Assembly (NCBI RefSeq): GCF_964188315.1
Contig: NC_135656.1
Location: 10,230,001 to 10,294,000, forward strand
Length of the DNA: 64,000 nucleotides
From: Podarcis muralis
Lineage: Eukaryota
Reading direction: 5' to 3'
Of the stretch, positions 62,871-64,000 are shown piece after piece. Position 1 is the stretch's first letter. Each line of letters opens with the position of its first letter. Under the pieces are notes generated by a model. The model was given only the letters and a program-made list of their open reading frames with translations, had not been told where the DNA came from and did not search any database. The position numbers were made by a program, and so were the translations under genes.

Positions 62871-63724
62871 GATCCACAATTCAGTAAAGCCTCTCACTTC
62901 CTCCTTAAACCGGATTGTAGACCTCAACCTAACGCTAAGCTCGAGGGGTCTGGGGTTTCTGTGGATGGGGGGCAAGGAATAATTAATGTTTGACTGATTA
63001 AAATTCTCATGTTGCGGCTTAGCTGGATTGTGGATCGCGCCGCTTGCAGAAAACACACAATATCTACCCGCCGCCGCACCACATTTCCGGGACCGACAGA
63101 AAGGTTGCATCACGCCCCGCGCTTTAAATCTTAGCAAGAATATGTAGAAAGCAATGTACATATAAACATATTGAACAGCACGATCATTGAACGCAAATCG
63201 GTCTGAAGAGTCTCCTGCCCTATATATTTATATTGGACCAGACCGAGGAACGCTGGAGAAGGTCACGGTTCTCTCTCCTTAGCTTCCCACCCCCACCCCG
63301 CTTTTCCAGGCTTGTTGTTAAGAAAGCGCCTTGTTGGTGGTTCCTTCCACTAGATATTCTCCAGCCACACCCGAAGAAATGCGGCCGTTCTCGGGTGGTG
63401 ATGGTGAGAATGTTTATTCTCCGAGGGCAAAAAGCACAGAGGCGCGTTTCTGAAACGTAAGCAGTTCTCTTCTATCTGGAAACCATCTTGCTGGGCACGA
63501 GACAACTTCTTCCTAAAATGGGTAGAAAAATAATAATCTCGGGATCCGCATCAGGATAGCTCACGGGGAGATAAATCACAAGAGGTTTGTGTTATTTGTG
63601 TGGGGCCGGGTGTGTGTCTATGTATGTTTACCTGTCGGTATCCATGGCTGCATGCATTCGCTCCTCAGCGTGGATAATAGATGTTTCCCGGCCCAAACTC
63701 GGATTTCAGACATTCTGCACCTCA

Positions 63725-63935
63725 GTCCTCTTAACACGTTTCCTGGAAAGTAACCCCATTTATTTCCAGGGAACTTACTACCGAGTATGCGTGCATCCGG
63801 ATCTTGAAGCAGAGTATTGTGGAAAAACCGCCCCTTTACTTACCAGCGAGGCTTAGGCTGGACTCCTATACCAGCTTTACCTGGGAGTAAACCCCATTAA
63901 ACTTAGTGGGATTTGCTTCTAAGCAGGCGTTTATT
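63725..63935. mobile_element. Two adjacent degenerate copies of the palindromic element
   Basis: GAAAGTAACCCCATT...GGAACTTACTACCGAGTA (about 63740-63790) and TTTACCTGGGAGTAAACCCCATTAAACTTAGTGGGATTTGCTTCTAAG (63876-63922). Confidence 0.55.
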
Positions 63936-64000
63936 CCAATCGGTCTGGTTATCGGTCTGATCCTGCTTGGAACGGAGCAGGATCATGGCCCTTGATTTAC

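Overview
Eukaryotic genomic DNA from the 3' part of a vertebrate HoxC cluster, all genes on the + strand. Three two-exon genes are present: Hoxc6 (16026-17583), Hoxc5 (21125-22577) and Hoxc4 (about 49398-50865; its start codon falls inside a 156-N run). A miR-10 family hairpin (miR-10c type) lies at about 47236-47319. There are two candidate non-coding distal first exons (about 2984-3678 and about 26810-26920), two DR5 retinoic-acid response elements flanking Hoxc4 (43484, 54409), and conserved Hox/Cdx-site clusters in all three introns. The interspersed repeats (tRNA-head SINEs, a ~130 bp hAT-type MITE, a ~85 bp palindromic element, a CR1 fragment) and abundant microsatellites resemble squamate families as I recall them, so the source is probably a lizard; this is an inference. 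The most notable sequence-level pattern is one module, (G/T)A(T/C/A)TGGC-N7-9-E-box, found at all five putative promoters, including the two orphan ones with no adjacent CDS. No Hoxc8, Hoxc3 or other protein-coding gene was found; the remaining ORFs look like antisense shadows or microsatellite translations. Comparisons with human or mouse are from memory, not database searches. I did not find a clearly new biological system.
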